Shown here: positions 62,129-64,000 of the stretch, in pieces
Numbering within the stretch: position 1 is the stretch's first letter
How the letters are laid out: each line of letters starts with the position of its first letter
Origin: Phycisphaeraceae bacterium
GTDB taxonomy: Bacteria; Planctomycetota; Phycisphaerae; Phycisphaerales; Phycisphaeraceae
Assembly: GCA_963674705.1 (NCBI GenBank)
Contig: OY771506.1
Coordinates: 2,752,001-2,816,000, forward strand
Length of the DNA: 64,000 bases
Direction: 5' to 3'
Translations under genes and position numbers: made by a program
The notes under the pieces: generated by a model
What the model was told of the DNA's origin: nothing
Database searches by the model: none
What the model saw: the letters and a program-made list of their open reading frames with translations, nothing else

Positions 62129-62461
62129 TTACTTATGTTGTGTGCAGTGTTGAATTGTCAGAAACACGCCCGTTACTGCGATTACCGGCAACAGGGATGA
62201 ACCAAGTGAACTAATCACCCATGGCCAGCCGAGTTCATGCCAGATGGCATCTGAAATCGGATCGAACCAGCACTCATTGATATTGGCGTACGTCAATAAG
62301 CCTGAAACTGCGATGCTCAGGATCAGCATGATCCAAGCGACAACTCGGTTAATGCAAGCGATGACGGCGAACATGACGGCTATGATGGCCATCGTGATCC
62401 ACATCCCCGGGATGGTTCCCATTTTGTCCGAGATTTCCCCGAGTAAGAACATGCGTTGCAT
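62129..62461 (-). CDS. Small 3-TM hypothetical protein
   Basis: Hydrophobic ORF downstream of REP family A copy 62516-62541. Confidence 0.55.
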   Translation of the reverse strand: MQRMFLLGEISDKMGTIPGMWITMAIIAVMFAVIACINRVVAWIMLILSIAVSGLLTYANINECWFDPISDAIWHELGWPWVISSLGSSLLPVIAVTGVFLTIQHCTQHK

Positions 62462-62709
62462 TTTAGACGAGATTTTTGATGGCTGAATATATGCATGTTT
62501 GCAGTTGTTTGCTGGCCAGACCTGGATGGTCGGGCTATATGGGAAATGCGTGAAGTATGGGCCGGATCGCGGTTTAAACTGTTTAAAGGCTGTATGCAAA
62601 AATGATTATGATTGTTATACTAAGGGGCTCCACGGGTTATGACGGACTCGTGGTGGGGCGGATATGACCCGATGTCTATATTAGTAGCTTGTGATTGAGG
62701 AGCATGCAT

Positions 62710-64000
62710 ATGCGTCATAACAAATTTCCGATTATCCCCGAACAGCCTGCGGCCCCTGAGCTGGTGACCTCGCTTCCCGGGCCGAAGGCCAAGGCGCTGG
62801 TGGACCGCGACCAGGTCGTGACCAGTCCGTCTTATACGCGCGATTATCCATTGGTAATGGAAAGCGGGATCGGGTCGGTCGTGATCGATCCGGACGGAAA
62901 CAAGTTTCTGGATATGGCGGCGGGCATCGCGGTGAACGCGGCGGGGCACAGCCATCCTTACGTGCTTGAAGCGATTGTCGAGCAAGCGAGCCGTTTCCTG
63001 CATATGTCCGGTACCGACTTCTTCTACCGTGCACAGATCGAATTAGCGGAACGCCTGGCCAAGCTCGCGCCGATGTCGGGTAAGAACCGTGTGTTCTTCA
63101 CGAACTCCGGCGCTGAGGCGCTTGAAGCGGCGTTCAAACTTTCGCGTTATCACACGAAGCGTCAGAACGTGATCGCGTTCTGGGGCGCGTTCCACGGCCG
63201 GACCTACGGCGCGATGTCGCTGACGGGTTCCAAGGCGATCCAGCAGAAACACTTCGGCCCGATGGTGCCCGGTGTGTTCCACGTGACGTATCCGAACCCG
63301 TACCGCCCGGCGGGCAACCTTTCGCCCGAGCACGTCGTTGACTTCACGTTCGACGAGATCGAGCGGATCTTCAAGCGTAAGGCCGACCCTGGCACGATCG
63401 CGGCGATCTTTGTTGAGCCGATCCAGGGCGAGGGCGGTTATATCGTTCCGCCTAACGACTTCTTCCCACGGTTGCGTGAGCTTTGTGATAAGCACGGCAT
63501 CCTGATGGTGTGCGATGAAGTGCAGGCAGGCTTCGGGCGAACGGGCAAGATGTGGGCTGTGGAGCACTACGGCGTTGAGCCTGACATCATCACGAGTGCG
63601 AAGGGTATCGCCAGCGGTCTGCCGCTTGGTGCGATGATCGCGAAGGAATCGGTGATGGACTGGCCTTACGGGGCGCATGCCTCGACGTTCGGCGGCAACC
63701 CGGTCGCGTGCGCCGCGTCGCTATCGACGATCGACCTGCTGGAAGCGGGGCTGATCGAGAACGCGGCGAAGGTCGGCGATCACCTGCAGGGCAAGCTGCG
63801 TGAACTTCAGAAGTCGTGCCCGGCGATGGGCGATGTGCGTGGTAAGGGCCTGATGGTGGTGGCGGAGTTCATCCAGACCGACGGCAGCAAGGCGGCGAAC
63901 CCGAAGCTGCGTAACGACATCGTGATGGCCTGCTTCGATCTTGGTTTGCTGGTACTCGGTTGCGGCGAAAGCGGCATCCGCTTCAGCCCGGCGCTGACGA
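62710..64000 (+). CDS. Class III PLP aminotransferase (4-aminobutyrate/acetylornithine type), runs off window end
   Basis: Hand translation: LPGPKA...DPDGNKFLDMAAGIAV, NSGAEA, FHGRT, EPIQGEGG, DEVQAGFGRTG, AKG, TFGGNP; GAGGAG RBS. Confidence 0.9.
   Translation, partial: MRHNKFPIIPEQPAAPELVTSLPGPKAKALVDRDQVVTSPSYTRDYPLVMESGIGSVVIDPDGNKFLDMAAGIAVNAAGHSHPYVLEAIVEQASRFLHMSGTDFFYRAQIELAERLAKLAPMSGKNRVFFTNSGAEALEAAFKLSRYHTKRQNVIAFWGAFHGRTYGAMSLTGSKAIQQKHFGPMVPGVFHVTYPNPYRPAGNLSPEHVVDFTFDEIERIFKRKADPGTIAAIFVEPIQGEGGYIVPPNDFFPRLRELCDKHGILMVCDEVQAGFGRTGKMWAVEHYGVEPDIITSAKGIASGLPLGAMIAKESVMDWPYGAHASTFGGNPVACAASLSTIDLLEAGLIENAAKVGDHLQGKLRELQKSCPAMGDVRGKGLMVVAEFIQTDGSKAANPKLRNDIVMACFDLGLLVLGCGESGIRFSPALT

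Overview
Bacterial chromosomal window, most likely from a Planctomycetota (Phycisphaerae-like) genome. The inference rests on PEP-CTERM proteins, repeated CxxCGYDL..CPECG zinc-ribbon membrane proteins, a Lys/Ala-rich histone-like protein and an ECF/anti-sigma pair. Housekeeping genes include rpiB, lpxB, arfB, an EF-G paralog, bioA, bioB, groES-groEL, gpmI, plsY, hspQ, PPIases, two c-di-GMP enzymes, ROK+GH20, a NamZ-like gene and a truncated class III aminotransferase. One ~1 kb IS with 23-bp inverted repeats is present. I found no rRNA, tRNA, CRISPR array or integrase. The most interesting signals are: (i) an AT-rich two-gene DUF5343 + PD-(D/E)XK nuclease module right after groEL, a candidate defence system; (ii) the adjacent 43.7-47.9 kb array of small genes delimited, duplicated and truncated at REP-like palindromes; (iii) a composite dispersed element with variable 7-bp tandem arrays flanking plsY; (iv) repeats inserted in frame inside bioA; (v) an unannotated 31-aa peptide gene with a sigma54-like promoter; (vi) a PEP-CTERM protein with phage-fibre-like HxH repeats; (vii) a zincin peptidase/ATP-grasp pair next to a histone-like gene with a sigma28-like promoter. 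All family calls are motif recognition by eye, not database searches.
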